Position numbers and translations under genes: made by a program. A DNA stretch of 64,000 nucleotides from an uncultured Prevotellaceae bacterium. Its GTDB lineage: Bacteria > Bacteroidota > Bacteroidia > Bacteroidales > Bacteroidaceae. This document shows, piece after piece, positions 1 through 10,328 of the stretch (positions within the stretch are counted from its first letter, which is position 1; each line of letters opens with the position of its first letter). Under the pieces are notes generated by a model, which was not told the origin of the DNA, ran no database searches, and saw nothing but the letters and a program-made list of their open reading frames with translations. The DNA lies in assembly GCA_900316285.1 (NCBI GenBank), contig ONCG01000001.1, positions 213,422 through 277,421 on the forward strand, read 5' to 3'.

Positions 1-42
1 ATAAAACGCCAAGCACTTCAAATCCTTGCATCGTGAAACGTT

Positions 43-83
43 AAAAAAACAAAAGCGGTGCATCCATGATGGACACACCGCTT
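43..83 (-). terminator. Hairpin plus T-tract 34 nt downstream of rpsJ
   Basis: Stem AAGCGGTG (53-60) pairs with CACCGCTT (76-83). On the minus strand the hairpin is followed by TTTTGTTTTTTT (plus-strand A-run 43-54). Confidence 0.6.
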
Positions 84-116
84 TATGATAAGATTCTTGA
101 AATCTACGAAGAGGTA

Positions 117-422
117 TTAAACCTTGATTTCCACCTCAACACCGCTGGGGAGTTCGAGCTTCATCAGAGCGTCGACAGTCTTGGCGGTCGAGCTGTAGAT
201 GTCGATAAGGCGCTTGTAGTTCGAGAGCTGGAACTGCTCGCGGGCCTTCTTGTTAACGAACGTACTGCGGTTCACGGTGAAGATGCGCTTGTGTGTGGGG
301 AGGGGAATCGGACCGCTCACGACGGCACCCGTAGCCTTCACTGCCTTCACAATCTTCTCTGCTGACTTGTCGACCAATTTGTGGTCGTAGCTCTTCAGCT
401 TGATACGAATTTTCTGACTCAT
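117..422 (-). CDS. rpsJ: 30S ribosomal protein S10
   Basis: 101-aa [23 protein letters not shown]...; ATG start; directly downstream of fusA as in the str/S10 region. Confidence 0.97.
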   Translation of the reverse strand: MSQKIRIKLKSYDHKLVDKSAEKIVKAVKATGAVVSGPIPLPTHKRIFTVNRSTFVNKKAREQFQLSNYKRLIDIYSSTAKTVDALMKLELPSGVEVEIKV

Positions 423-525
423 TGTTTAATTTACGATTTAATGATTGATTGTTTATTATTTTTTTGCCGCTAAAGAGTCATTTGCTCAACGGCAATTGGT
501 TTTGGTCTTGTTGCCTTTCCCAAGT

Positions 526-558
526 CCCCCTCCTTTTTGGGAGGGGTTAGGGGTAGGC
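526..558 (-). repeat. GC-rich hairpin element copy abutting the fusA stop codon
   Basis: CCCCCTCC-ttttt-GGGAGGGG followed by TTAGGGGTAGGC. The reverse complement is GCCTACCCC-taa-CCCCTCCC-aaaaa-GGAGGGGG. It ends 3 nt from the fusA stop (562-564). Confidence 0.8.
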
Positions 559-561
559 TCC

Positions 562-2679
562 TTACACCAGGTCGGCACGACCCTTCACCTCCTCGAGCAC
601 AGCCTTGGCGATAGAGCTTGAGAGCGGTGCGTGGTGATCGTACTCCATAGAGCTGGTGGCACGACCAGAGGTGATGGTGCGCAAAGCGGTGACATAGCCG
701 AACATCTCAGCCAGGGGAACCATAGCCTTGATGATGCGGGCGCCAGAGCGAGCCTCGTCCATGCCTTCCACCTGACCGCGACGCTTGTTCAGGTCACCGA
801 TCACATCACCCATGTTCTCCTCAGGAGTCACAACCTCCACCTTCATGATCGGCTCCATCAGAGCGGGACCGGCCTTCGGGCAGATGTTCTTATAGGCGTT
901 GATGGCAGCGAGCTCGAACGACAGCTGGTCGGAGTCCACGGGGTGGAACGAGCCATCGACGACGGTCACCTTCAGACCTGTCATGGGATAGCCACCAAGG
1001 ATACCATTCTTCATGGCAGTCTCGAAGCCCTTCTGGATGGAAGGAATGTATTCCTTAGGAATGTTACCACCCTTCACTTCGTTGATGAACTGCAGGTCGC
1101 CCTCGGTGTAGTCGGGATCCTTCGGACCGACGTTCACGATGATGTCAGCGAACTTACCGCGACCACCCGACTGCTTCTTGTAGACCTCACGATGGTTCTC
1201 AACAGTGCGTGTGATAGCTTCCTTGTAGTTCACCTGAGGCTTACCCTGGTTGCACTCCACCTTGAACTCACGCTTCAGGCGGTCGATGATGATATCGAGG
1301 TGCAGCTCACCCATACCGGAGATAATGGTCTGGCCACTCTGCTCGTCGGTACGTACGGTGAATGTCGGGTCTTCCTCAGCCAGCTTGGCAAGTCCGTTGT
1401 CGAGCTTGGCAATGTCGGCCTGGCTCTTCGGCTCCACGGCAATCGAGATCACCGTGTCGGGGAAGGTCATCGATTCCAGCACGATGGGATGCTCCTCGTC
1501 GCAGAGGGTGTCACCCGTGCGGATGTCCTTGAAGCCAACGCCTGCGCCGATGTCGCCAGCGTCGATAGACTCCATGGGAATCTCCTTGTTAGAGTTCATC
1601 TGGAACAGACGACTGATGCGCTCCTTCTTACCAGAACGGGGATTGTAGACGTAGCTACCAGCCTTCACGCTACCCGAGTAGACACGGAAGAACACCAGAC
1701 GACCCATGTAGGGATCGGTGGCAATCTTGAATGCCAGGGCAGCAGTGGGCTCGCTTTCGCTAGGCTTGCGGCCTTCCTCCTCATCGGTGTTGGGATTCAC
1801 ACCCATCACAGCCTCGGTGTCGAGGGGTGAGGGCAGGAATGCGCACACGTAGTCGAGCAGCGGCTGCACACCCTTGTTCTTATACGAAGAACCGAGCACC
1901 ATCGGAGTAACCTCCATCGAGCAGCAGCCCTTACGCAGGGCAGCGATGATCTGTGCCTCGGGAATCTCCTGACCCTCAAGGTACTTCTCCATCAGATCGT
2001 CGTCGAAGTTGGCGGCAGTCTCGATCATCTTCTCGCGCCACTCGTTAGCTTCGTCAACGAGGTCGGCGGGAATGTCCTCGATGTCGTACTCAGCACCCAT
2101 GGTCTCATCGTGCCACAGGATGGCCTTCATCTTGATGAGGTCAACAACGCCCTTGAAGTTCTCTTCTGCACCGATAGGAATCTGCACGGGGCAGGGGTTG
2201 GCACCGAGGATGTCCTTCATCTGCTGAACAGTCTCAAAGAAGTCAGCACCCGAACGGTCCATCTTGTTCACATAGCCGATGCGGGGAACGTTGTACTTGT
2301 CAGCCTGGCGCCACACGGTCTCCGACTGCGGCTGTACGCCGTCAGCTGCCGAGTAGGTAGCCACAGCGCCATCAAGCACACGGAGCGAGCGCTCCACCTC
2401 AGCGGTGAAGTCTACGTGTCCCGGAGTGTCAATCAGGTTGATCTTGAATTGCTTATTGTCGTAATTCCAGTTACATGTTGTTGCAGCAGAAGTGATGGTG
2501 ATACCACGCTCCTGCTCCTGAGCCATCCAGTCCATGGTTGCTGCACCGTCGTGCACCTCACCGATTTTGTGAGTCTTACCTGTGTAGAACAGAATGCGCT
2601 CTGAAGTTGTTGTCTTACCGGCATCGATGTGAGCCATGATACCGATGTTGCGAGTCAAATGTAAGTCGCGATTTGCCAT
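562..2679 (-). CDS. fusA: Translation elongation factor G
   Basis: 705 aa; GTPase motifs [21 protein letters not shown]; full-length EF-G architecture. Confidence 0.98.
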   Translation of the reverse strand: MANRDLHLTRNIGIMAHIDAGKTTTSERILFYTGKTHKIGEVHDGAATMDWMAQEQERGITITSAATTCNWNYDNKQFKINLIDTPGHVDFTAEVERSLRVLDGAVATYSAADGVQPQSETVWRQADKYNVPRIGYVNKMDRSGADFFETVQQMKDILGANPCPVQIPIGAEENFKGVVDLIKMKAILWHDETMGAEYDIEDIPADLVDEANEWREKMIETAANFDDDLMEKYLEGQEIPEAQIIAALRKGCCSMEVTPMVLGSSYKNKGVQPLLDYVCAFLPSPLDTEAVMGVNPNTDEEEGRKPSESEPTAALAFKIATDPYMGRLVFFRVYSGSVKAGSYVYNPRSGKKERISRLFQMNSNKEIPMESIDAGDIGAGVGFKDIRTGDTLCDEEHPIVLESMTFPDTVISIAVEPKSQADIAKLDNGLAKLAEEDPTFTVRTDEQSGQTIISGMGELHLDIIIDRLKREFKVECNQGKPQVNYKEAITRTVENHREVYKKQSGGRGKFADIIVNVGPKDPDYTEGDLQFINEVKGGNIPKEYIPSIQKGFETAMKNGILGGYPMTGLKVTVVDGSFHPVDSDQLSFELAAINAYKNICPKAGPALMEPIMKVEVVTPEENMGDVIGDLNKRRGQVEGMDEARSGARIIKAMVPLAEMFGYVTALRTITSGRATSSMEYDHHAPLSSSIAKAVLEEVKGRADLV

Positions 2680-2754
2680 TGTTTATTCTAATCTGTTTAC
2701 TTAATACTTCTTCCTGAATCTTCTTACCTAAAACTACTTACCTGCAAACGCGAA

Positions 2755-3231
2755 TTAGAATCTGAAATGAGCAAATGCGCGGTTAGCCTCGGCCATGCGG
2801 TGCATGTCTTCCTTACGCTTGAAGGCACCACCCTGGTTGTTATAGGCGTCCATGATCTCAGCAGCCAGCTTCTCAGCCATACCCTTGCCACCACGCTTGC
2901 GAGCGTAGTTGATCATGTTCTTCATCGAAACGCTCTCCTTACGATCGGGGCGAATCTCAGTAGGCACCTGGAAGGTAGCACCACCAATACGGCGGCTCTT
3001 CACCTCCACCTGCGGAGTGATATTGTCGAGACCCTGCTTCCAAATCTCCAGGGGCGACTTCTCTTCCTTGGCCATCTTGGCCTTCACGATATCAAGAGCT
3101 TTGTAGAAAATCTCGTACGACGTGTTCTTCTTGCCGTCATACATCAGATGGTTCACAAACTTCGACACTTTAGTGTCATTGAAAATTGGATCTGGCAATA
3201 CCAGACGCTTTTTGGGTTTTGCTTTTCTCAT
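2755..3231 (-). CDS. rpsG: 30S ribosomal protein S7
   Basis: 158 aa, [35 protein letters not shown]...; conserved position between rpsL and fusA. Confidence 0.97.
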   Translation of the reverse strand: MRKAKPKKRLVLPDPIFNDTKVSKFVNHLMYDGKKNTSYEIFYKALDIVKAKMAKEEKSPLEIWKQGLDNITPQVEVKSRRIGGATFQVPTEIRPDRKESVSMKNMINYARKRGGKGMAEKLAAEIMDAYNNQGGAFKRKEDMHRMAEANRAFAHFRF

Positions 3232-3549
3232 TTTGTTTTGAAAAATTAATTCTGCATGGGGCTGTCATCATGTTCTTCAACGTCCGCACCCGGACATTTA
3301 CTCAACCTTTATACAACTGCCGACTTTCCTCGGCTTTCTCCAGCAAAACGATAAATAAAATGTTGTTTGAATTGTTTCTGTTGAAAATGGTGCTCGGCGG
3401 CCTATGAGCTTTCAAGCGTTAAAGTCCAAGTCTTTTCAGCTTTCCTCCCAACTGAATCGAGTTCCGAAGTTCTGCGTCACGCATGCTTACCAACTCCTCA
3501 ACTTGAATCTTATAAACCGCCGACCACCATCAGCGTTTAGCGCGTCGTC

Positions 3550-3930
3550 TTACTTCTTCTGCTTCGGACGCTTGGCACCATACTTCGAACGGCGCTGGGT
3601 GCGGTTGGCAACACCGGCGGTATCGAGAGTACCGCGAACGATGTGATAACGCACACCGGGGAGATCCTTCACACGACCACCGCGCACCAGCACGATGCTG
3701 TGCTCCTGAAGGTTGTGGCCCTCACCGGGAATGTAGGAGTTCACTTCCTTCTGATTTGTCAGACGAACACGGGCAACCTTACGCATTGCCGAATTAGGCT
3801 TCTTAGGTGTCGTTGTGTAGACGCGCACGCACACGCCACGACGCTGAGGACATGAGTCCAGAGCGGGCGACTTGCTCTTGTCTACGAGCACCTTTCTGCC
3901 TTTTCTTACTAATTGTGAAATAGTAGGCAT
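3550..3930 (-). CDS. rpsL: 30S ribosomal protein S12
   Basis: 126 aa, [13 protein letters not shown]...[18 protein letters not shown]... is the canonical S12 sequence. Confidence 0.98.
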   Translation of the reverse strand: MPTISQLVRKGRKVLVDKSKSPALDSCPQRRGVCVRVYTTTPKKPNSAMRKVARVRLTNQKEVNSYIPGEGHNLQEHSIVLVRGGRVKDLPGVRYHIVRGTLDTAGVANRTQRRSKYGAKRPKQKK

Positions 3931-4042
3931 AATTTTACTTTTTTTGATTTATATATATTTATTTCGTTTGTTATCAACATTTTACGAAAGTACATATCTC
4001 CCCTATTCCTTACGAAAGGACACAATACGGCATTTCGGGCTG

Positions 4043-4050
4043 CAAAGTTA
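4043..4050 (-). promoter_or_regulatory. Candidate Bacteroidota -7 box (TAACTTTG) for the rpsL operon
   Basis: Plus-strand CAAAGTTA equals TAnnTTTG on the minus strand, 113 nt upstream of the rpsL ATG. Confidence 0.45.
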
Positions 4051-4441
4051 CGAACTTTTCCACAAATACATTAATAAATGCACGATTATTTTTTCGCTAT
4101 CTTAATTATTTAACGAAAAATAACAATTCATGCTTCATAAGAACCGACGTTGCCGAGTATGCTACATGCAAAATCTTGTTGGTCAGCTGCTTTTGAATGC
4201 GATTGCGGGAGTTATCCTGTTTTACCTGATGAAGACAAGTATGCCAAATGAAGCACAGGACTGTGCCTACACCTCTTTTAATATATAGAAAGGCTGCACC
4301 ATTTAATTATATAGAAAGGCTGCACAGCATTGAAAAAGCGAATCTATGTGAATGACACGCGAACAATCCATCACTTCGAGGGATTATTCACGTGTCACAC
4401 TCGCATTCTTCATAGAGAAAAACCTTATGCCGATCGATGCA

Positions 4442-4759
4442 TTAGGCGTCGCCGCGGCCTGTGCCAAACGGAGCAATGGTGCGCTGTGGCTGACCGGGAA
4501 TCTCTATTTTTCCGAACTGCTGCTCATACTTATAGATGTTCTCCTGCAGGGCGCCCAGCAGACGCTTGGCATGTTCGGGAGCCATGATGACACGGCTGCA
4601 AACCTCGGGCTGTTGCATGCCAGGCAGATGGCGTGCGAAGTCGAGGATGAAATCGGTATGTGAGTGAGTGATCAGGGCGAGGTTCGAGTACTCACCTCTT
4701 GCAATCTCAGGTCTGAGATTCAGCTGCAGCTGCTGCTGTGGTTTCTGGTTGTTGTCCAT
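4442..4759 (-). CDS. DUF3467 family protein
   Basis: 105 aa; LNLRPEIARGEYSNLALITHSHTDFILDFA is typical of the DUF3467 family. Confidence 0.8.
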   Translation of the reverse strand: MDNNQKPQQQLQLNLRPEIARGEYSNLALITHSHTDFILDFARHLPGMQQPEVCSRVIMAPEHAKRLLGALQENIYKYEQQFGKIEIPGQPQRTIAPFGTGRGDA

Positions 4760-4793
4760 TGTTGTTCTATGATTTGTTTCGTAATATTTTATG

Positions 4794-4801
4794 CAAAGGT
4801 A
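4794..4801 (-). promoter_or_regulatory. Candidate -7 box (TACCTTTG) for the DUF3467 gene
   Basis: Plus-strand CAAAGGTA, 35 nt upstream of the ATG at 4759. Confidence 0.45.
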
Positions 4802-4931
4802 GTCATTTCTTTATAAACAGTCAAAGAATTGTGGAAAATTAACAATCGGCACGGAAAATGTGGTGCGATTATTTGGTTTTACCCTTGACTTTTTGTAACT
4901 TCGCAGGCAAAATCTAACTTCTATTATTATT

Positions 4932-7325
4932 ATGAAACTGAGAAAAGTCATTTCCATCCTCTCGCTGGCAGCGCTGCTGCTGGCTGTTCCTGCGATGGCA
5001 AACGCTGCTACGACGGCAGCACCGAAAGGCAAGCCAGGCACGTTCACCGTGGGCAAGGGCACATTCCTGCTCAACGGCGAGCCGTTCATCGTGAAGGCTG
5101 CCGAAGTCCACTACCCCCGTATTCCCCGTCCCTACTGGGAGCATCGCATCCAGATGTGCAAGGCGCTAGGCATGAATGCCGTGTGCATCTACATCTTCTG
5201 GAATATCCATGAGCAAAAGGAAGGCCAGTTCGACTTCACTGGCAACAACGACGTGGCAGAGTTCTGCCGCCTGGCACAGAAGAACGGCCTCTATGTCATC
5301 GTGCGTCCCGGTCCCTATGTCTGTGCAGAGTGGGAGATGGGCGGTCTGCCCTGGTGGCTGCTGAAGAAGAAGGATATCCGTCTGCGCGAGCGCGATCCTT
5401 ATTTCATGGAGCGCGTGAAAATATTCGAGGAGAAGGTGGGCGAGCAGTTGAAGCCGCTGACCATCCAGAACGGCGGTCCGATTATCATGATTCAGGTGGA
5501 GAACGAGTACGGAAGCTACGGTGAGGACAAGCCCTACGTCTCGGAGATTCGCGACTGCCTGCGCGGCATCTACGGCAAGGAGCTGTCGCTTTTCCAGTGC
5601 GACTGGTCGAGCAACTTCGAGAAGAACGGCCTTGACGACCTGACATGGACCATGAACTTCGGTACGGGCGCCAACATCGACCAGCAGTTCCGCCGCCTCG
5701 GCGAGTTGCGCCCCGATGCACCAAAGATGTGCTCGGAATTCTGGAGCGGCTGGTTCGACAAGTGGGGAGCCCGCCATGAGACGCGCCCAGCGAAGGATAT
5801 GGTCGACGGTATGGACGAAATGCTGTCGAAGGGCATCAGCTTCTCGCTCTACATGACCCACGGAGGTACTTCCTTCGGCCACTGGGCCGGCGCCAACTCT
5901 CCTGGCTTTGCGCCCGACGTCACCTCGTATGATTACGATGCACCCATCAACGAATACGGTCACACCACACCGAAATTCTTCGAACTGCGCAACATGATGC
6001 AGAAGTACTCGGACAAGAAGCTCCCTGCTGTGCCCAAGGCTCCCGCGCCGATCATCACTGTGCCGAAGTTTGAACTGAAGGAGTTTGCTCCGCTGATGTA
6101 TGCTAATGGCGGTCTGAACACAGATGGCAATGCCGACGACCTTACTTTCGAGGCACACAACTTAGGCTGGGGTTATGCTGCTTATTACACCACGCTGCCC
6201 GAGCTACCCCTTCCGAGTGTGCTCTCAGCCGACTTCCACGACTTTGCCCAGGTATTTATTGACGGCAAGTATATCGGTAAGATTGACCGTGTGAAGAACG
6301 AGAAGAGCCTTACGATTCCACCCACAAAGGCAGGATCATCACTTGTGATTGTGGTCGAGGCAATGGGCCGTATCAACTTTGGACGAGCCATTAAGGACTT
6401 CAAGGGCATCGTCGGCAATGTCACCATTAGCTCGAAGGCTGGTAAACATGACGTTACTTACTCATTAAATGATTGGGAGAAATATTTCATCAACGATGAG
6501 TATGAAACGGCTCTGCTCGCCCTTAAACGAGCATCGGCAACAGAGAACGATGAGTATATAGAAGGTTTCAAAGACGATGCCAAGATGATGGGCGGTCGCG
6601 GCTACTACCGTGGTTACTTCAACCTGAAAAAAGTGGGCGACACGTTCCTTAACTTCGAGACGTGGGGTAAGGGCCAGGTCTACGTGAACGGCCACGCCAT
6701 GGGCCGCATCTGGTCGATAGGCCCGCAGCAGACGCTCTACGTGCCGGGCTGCTGGCTGAAGAAAGGCAAGAACGAAGTGATCGTCCTCGATGTGGTAGGT
6801 CCGAAAGAAACTGTGGTTTGGGGACAGGCTGAGCCAGAGCTAAACAAGCTGCAGTTGGAGAAGTCGAACAAGCACAACAACATCGGCGACAAGCCCGACC
6901 TGAACAGCGCCACGCCCGTGGTGGCTGGAGCCTTCAACGGCGGTAACGGCTGGCAAACTGTGAAGTTCCCGTCGGCAGCCAAAGGCCGCTACCTCGCTAT
7001 CGAAGTGGTTTCCAACCAGGATGGCAAGGACGTCACCGCCATTGCCGAACTCTATCTGCAGGGTACCGATGGTAAGCGTCTGAGCCGCGAGCCGTGGGTC
7101 GCCAAATATGCCGACTCGGAGGAAGAGAATGGTAACCACACACTCGACAAGGTCTATGACCTGCAGGAGTCTACCTACTGGCAGACCGTTCGCGGCGCAA
7201 GCCTCCCCCACCTGATGGTCATCGACCTCGGTTCGGTCCAGACCGTCACGGCGCTGGAGTACCTGCCGCGTGCGGAACAGGGTGCTCCGGGTTCAGCTAA
7301 GAACTATAAGGTTTATTTGTATTAA
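4932..7325 (+). CDS. GH35 beta-galactosidase with a C-terminal F5/8-type-C (discoidin) domain
   Basis: 797 aa with a signal peptide. GH35 hallmarks are present: HYPRIPRPYWEHRI, VRPGPYVCAEWEMGGLPWWL, QVENEYGSYG. The C-terminus is discoidin-like (STYWQT...ALEYLPR). Confidence 0.9.
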   Translation: MKLRKVISILSLAALLLAVPAMANAATTAAPKGKPGTFTVGKGTFLLNGEPFIVKAAEVHYPRIPRPYWEHRIQMCKALGMNAVCIYIFWNIHEQKEGQFDFTGNNDVAEFCRLAQKNGLYVIVRPGPYVCAEWEMGGLPWWLLKKKDIRLRERDPYFMERVKIFEEKVGEQLKPLTIQNGGPIIMIQVENEYGSYGEDKPYVSEIRDCLRGIYGKELSLFQCDWSSNFEKNGLDDLTWTMNFGTGANIDQQFRRLGELRPDAPKMCSEFWSGWFDKWGARHETRPAKDMVDGMDEMLSKGISFSLYMTHGGTSFGHWAGANSPGFAPDVTSYDYDAPINEYGHTTPKFFELRNMMQKYSDKKLPAVPKAPAPIITVPKFELKEFAPLMYANGGLNTDGNADDLTFEAHNLGWGYAAYYTTLPELPLPSVLSADFHDFAQVFIDGKYIGKIDRVKNEKSLTIPPTKAGSSLVIVVEAMGRINFGRAIKDFKGIVGNVTISSKAGKHDVTYSLNDWEKYFINDEYETALLALKRASATENDEYIEGFKDDAKMMGGRGYYRGYFNLKKVGDTFLNFETWGKGQVYVNGHAMGRIWSIGPQQTLYVPGCWLKKGKNEVIVLDVVGPKETVVWGQAEPELNKLQLEKSNKHNNIGDKPDLNSATPVVAGAFNGGNGWQTVKFPSAAKGRYLAIEVVSNQDGKDVTAIAELYLQGTDGKRLSREPWVAKYADSEEENGNHTLDKVYDLQESTYWQTVRGASLPHLMVIDLGSVQTVTALEYLPRAEQGAPGSAKNYKVYLY

Positions 7326-7340
7326 ACTGGTCATTAGCAG

Positions 7341-7370
7341 ATATAGGGACGCGGCGCCGCGTCCCTATAT
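7341..7370. repeat. Perfect 30-bp palindrome, a short member of the TAGGGACGCG element family
   Basis: ATATAGGGACGCGGC / GCCGCGTCCCTATAT. It lies between the convergent stops of the GH35 gene (7325) and the 7485 gene, so it may act as a bidirectional terminator hairpin. Confidence 0.75.
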
Positions 7371-7484
7371 GGTAATGAACGAGTTTGGTAAAAATGGAAG
7401 GTATGTCAAAATGAAATGAACCCCATAAGTATTCTGTCTAACTTCTGGGGTTCACTTCTTTTTGACACATCTTTATTTCTAATC

Positions 7485-8714
7485 TCAGAACACCCCGAAG
7501 AGGTTGTCGCGCTCGAAGAGTTCCACGACCTCACTTTCCAAAGGCGTTCGCTTCACAATCTCCAGCTGTTCCCAGAACTTTTGGTTATAGTGTTTGTCTT
7601 TGTTCTTCTTTCCTTTGCTGATTTCACTCATGAGGTTGTCAGAGAACGACATCGCAGTTTTTCCCTTCACGAAACGGTTGGCAACGTTGAACATCATGCC
7701 TGTGGTCTCGTATCGGTTGCCGGCATGCTCGTATGTAACGAGAAAGTGAACGCTCTGCACCTCGGTGAAGCCATTGTCGTGCTGATAGTTGATGACAAAC
7801 GAATAGTCGGCAGGCTCGATGGTGCGTTCCGTCAATTTTCCCTCTTCGCTGCCATGCTCCCTGTGCCAGACGCGGTCGTTGTTGCCAAAGCCCTGATAGC
7901 GCAGCACCTGGAATGTGTTCGCATCGATGTAGAGACGGGCCGTCACTGCCCAATAATTAGGATTGCGCGGAACAAAATAGACCACGTAGATGCGACGCTC
8001 GCCATCGCTAATGACTTCCACGTCGGTCTCAAAATGCCGTCTGTAGTCTTCACATAGGGGTACGAGCTGCGTGGCACCAATCAGCCGAACGGGCTCGGAA
8101 TAGAGTGCGACCTGGGCAAAGGTGAAGTAGTTCGTAGGATTCATCGTTCGACGGCTGGCCACAGACACATAGCGCCCCGTGACGAGCTGCAGGTCGGAGA
8201 GTTCGTAAGCCGATTTTCCTGAGAAGAACGACTCAAGGAAAGCTGTACACTGCCGGTTGTTCTTGCTCACCTGCCGATAGAAAAAGTTCGACTTCTTCTT
8301 GCCGTACTTCTTCGCCTCCTTCTGATGACGCGCCAGCGCCTTCTTGATGATAAAATCGGTGCCCAACACCACCACCTCACCCAACATCTCACCTTCTGAA
8401 CTGAGCAACACCTCCTGCCCAATGTCGACAGCCCGCAGGTGAACGGTCTTGTAGCCCACATATGAGATGCGCAGCACGTCAGCCGAGTCGGCATCGATGA
8501 CGAACTCGCCCTCGGCATTTGAGATAGTACTTTTCTGTCCGCTGATGTAGACCGATGCAAAAGGCAGCCTCTCACCCGTCTTCGCATCGATGGTTCGTGC
8601 ATCTATGTGAATGGGAGCCCCACCCTCTCCCGATGGAGAAAGGACAGAACCGCTCACAGGAAGGAAGAAGAGGAGTGTGAGCAGCAGGAGGATGAGTTTC
8701 AGTTTCCTAGTCAT
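7485..8714 (-). CDS. Secreted protein with a carboxypeptidase-regulatory-like (CarboxypepD_reg) domain, paralogue A
   Basis: 409 aa. It has a signal peptide and an N-terminal beta-sandwich motif (IDAKTGERLPFASVYISG...NAEGEFVI...ISYVGYKT). It is a tandem paralogue of 8735-9886. Confidence 0.8.
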   Translation of the reverse strand: MTRKLKLILLLLTLLFFLPVSGSVLSPSGEGGAPIHIDARTIDAKTGERLPFASVYISGQKSTISNAEGEFVIDADSADVLRISYVGYKTVHLRAVDIGQEVLLSSEGEMLGEVVVLGTDFIIKKALARHQKEAKKYGKKKSNFFYRQVSKNNRQCTAFLESFFSGKSAYELSDLQLVTGRYVSVASRRTMNPTNYFTFAQVALYSEPVRLIGATQLVPLCEDYRRHFETDVEVISDGERRIYVVYFVPRNPNYWAVTARLYIDANTFQVLRYQGFGNNDRVWHREHGSEEGKLTERTIEPADYSFVINYQHDNGFTEVQSVHFLVTYEHAGNRYETTGMMFNVANRFVKGKTAMSFSDNLMSEISKGKKNKDKHYNQKFWEQLEIVKRTPLESEVVELFERDNLFGVF

Positions 8715-8734
8715 ACGAATGATATCATATCAAA

Positions 8735-9886
8735 TCAGAACACTCCGAAGAGGTTGTCGCGCTCGAAGATTTCGACCGCCTCCTCTTCCACTGGCGTGCG
8801 CTTCACAATCTCATTTTGTTGCCAGAAGTCACGGTCGAGCCCCTTCCGGCCAATGAGGTCCAAAAGGTTATCGTTGAAATGCAATGTCCCACGGCTCGTG
8901 AAATAGCGGTCGGCCACGTTGAACATCATGCCCGTGGTTTCAAACTTGTGCCCATCGGCCGTGTAGTTGGTACGAAAATGCACACTGCTCACTTCCGCGA
9001 AACCGTTGTCGAGCTGATAGTTGACGACAAACGAATAGGCGATGGGATGTACAATGGCCTTATTACCCATCTTGTGCAAGACCCATTCTTTCGTGCTACG
9101 CCCTTCGTATTTCAGCAGTTGAAACGTCCTGGCATCCACATAAAGACGACCTTCGATGGCCCAGGCATCAGAGTCGCGCGGCACGAAGTTGATGACATAG
9201 ACACGCCGCTCGCCATCGCTGAGCACGTTCATTTCGGTAAGGTAGTCGCGAGCGTAGCCTCGGTGCAGGGGAACGAGTTGCTCGGTGGAAGGAATATGCT
9301 TTAGGTTAGAGAAAACCGGTACCTGTGCAAAGGTGAAGAAATTTGATGGGCTAATCGTCTGCATGCTCATCACCGACAGATAGCGACCGGTGACCAGCGA
9401 CATCTCACCCACCTGCGATGCCGAACGGGCCGTGAAGAACGACTCCAGGAAAGAATGACACTGCCTGTCGGTGTAGCCCACCTGCCGGTAGAAGTAATTC
9501 GACTTTGTCTTCCGGTACTGCTTGTTTTCCTCTTTCATCCGCTTCAGGGTGTTCTGAATAACCAAATCGGTGCCCAGCACCACCACCTCGCCCAGCATCT
9601 CACCTTCTGAACTAAGCAACACCTCCTGCCCGATGTCGACAGCCCGCAGGTGAACGGTCTTATAGCCAACATACGAGATGCGCAGCACGTCGGCCGAGTC
9701 GGCATCGATGACAAACTCGCCCTCGGCATTCGAGATGGTGCTGTTCTGTCCGCTGATGTAGACCGACGCGAACGGCAACCGCTCACCCGTCTTCGCATCG
9801 ATGATGCGTGCATCGATGTGAAGACGCTGGGCATTGGCAGAAACGGCCATAATGAACAGCAGGAGGATGAGTTTCAGTTGTTTCAT
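8735..9886 (-). CDS. Secreted protein with a CarboxypepD_reg domain, paralogue B
   Basis: I trimmed the ORF-track start (10078) to the ATG at 9886 (MKQLKLILLLFIMAVSANAQ is a signal peptide). The upstream extension overlaps the preceding gene. 383 aa. Confidence 0.8.
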   Translation of the reverse strand: MKQLKLILLLFIMAVSANAQRLHIDARIIDAKTGERLPFASVYISGQNSTISNAEGEFVIDADSADVLRISYVGYKTVHLRAVDIGQEVLLSSEGEMLGEVVVLGTDLVIQNTLKRMKEENKQYRKTKSNYFYRQVGYTDRQCHSFLESFFTARSASQVGEMSLVTGRYLSVMSMQTISPSNFFTFAQVPVFSNLKHIPSTEQLVPLHRGYARDYLTEMNVLSDGERRVYVINFVPRDSDAWAIEGRLYVDARTFQLLKYEGRSTKEWVLHKMGNKAIVHPIAYSFVVNYQLDNGFAEVSSVHFRTNYTADGHKFETTGMMFNVADRYFTSRGTLHFNDNLLDLIGRKGLDRDFWQQNEIVKRTPVEEEAVEIFERDNLFGVF

Positions 9887-9890
9887 ATCG

Positions 9891-10328
9891 TCAGTGTCTT
9901 GCGGGCCGATAGCCACCTTGTTCAATGATGTCACGACCGAGCGTGAGTGAGATGCACTGAATGCTCTGATGGCCCGAGCCGGTGTTTTCGGGGTCGTCGG
10001 TATAGCGTCCGCGCAGCCGATAGCGCAAGCCGTGGTATTCAAAGTCGCACGAGAACGACAGCCCGAGCACTGCCCCACCCTCTTCGCGACAATCCACGTT
10101 ACGCAGGGTCACGCGCTCGCGCCTCACCTGTCCACGCTTAGCCACGGTGGCATCGGCCAGCCTTGTCCGCCCACCTGCCTTCAGCCGCGCGTCGTAGGTC
10201 ATGCGCAGACCAATGGTCAGCGAGTCGTTCATGCGTGCCTGCCAGTTCACCTGCATGGCCTGTTGCGACCTCGCAGCCGTTGCAAGGAGCAGCGAGAGCA
10301 ATGTCAGGACAAGCATTTTCATGTTCAT
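9891..10328 (-). CDS. Small secreted hypothetical protein
   Basis: 145 aa with a signal peptide (MNMKMLVLTLLSLLLATAARSQQ). Its start overlaps the upstream stop in an ATGA, and its stop lies 4 nt before the next start. No family recognised. Confidence 0.6.
   Translation of the reverse strand: MNMKMLVLTLLSLLLATAARSQQAMQVNWQARMNDSLTIGLRMTYDARLKAGGRTRLADATVAKRGQVRRERVTLRNVDCREEGGAVLGLSFSCDFEYHGLRYRLRGRYTDDPENTGSGHQSIQCISLTLGRDIIEQGGYRPARH

Noticed and set aside
631-1830. A 399-aa plus-strand ORF, plus similar long ORFs at 2110-2604, 17448-18593, 21523-22236, 23527-24627 and 29014-30000.
   Set aside because: They lie antisense to unmistakable housekeeping genes (fusA, rpoC, rpoB, tuf). They are low-complexity, Arg/Leu/His/Val-rich shadow ORFs typical of moderately GC-rich DNA.
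9887-10078. A 64-codon N-terminal extension of the paralogue B ORF.
   Set aside because: The extension overlaps the upstream 145-aa gene and lacks a signal peptide. The ATG at 9886 gives MKQLKLILLLF..., a signal peptide matching paralogue A.
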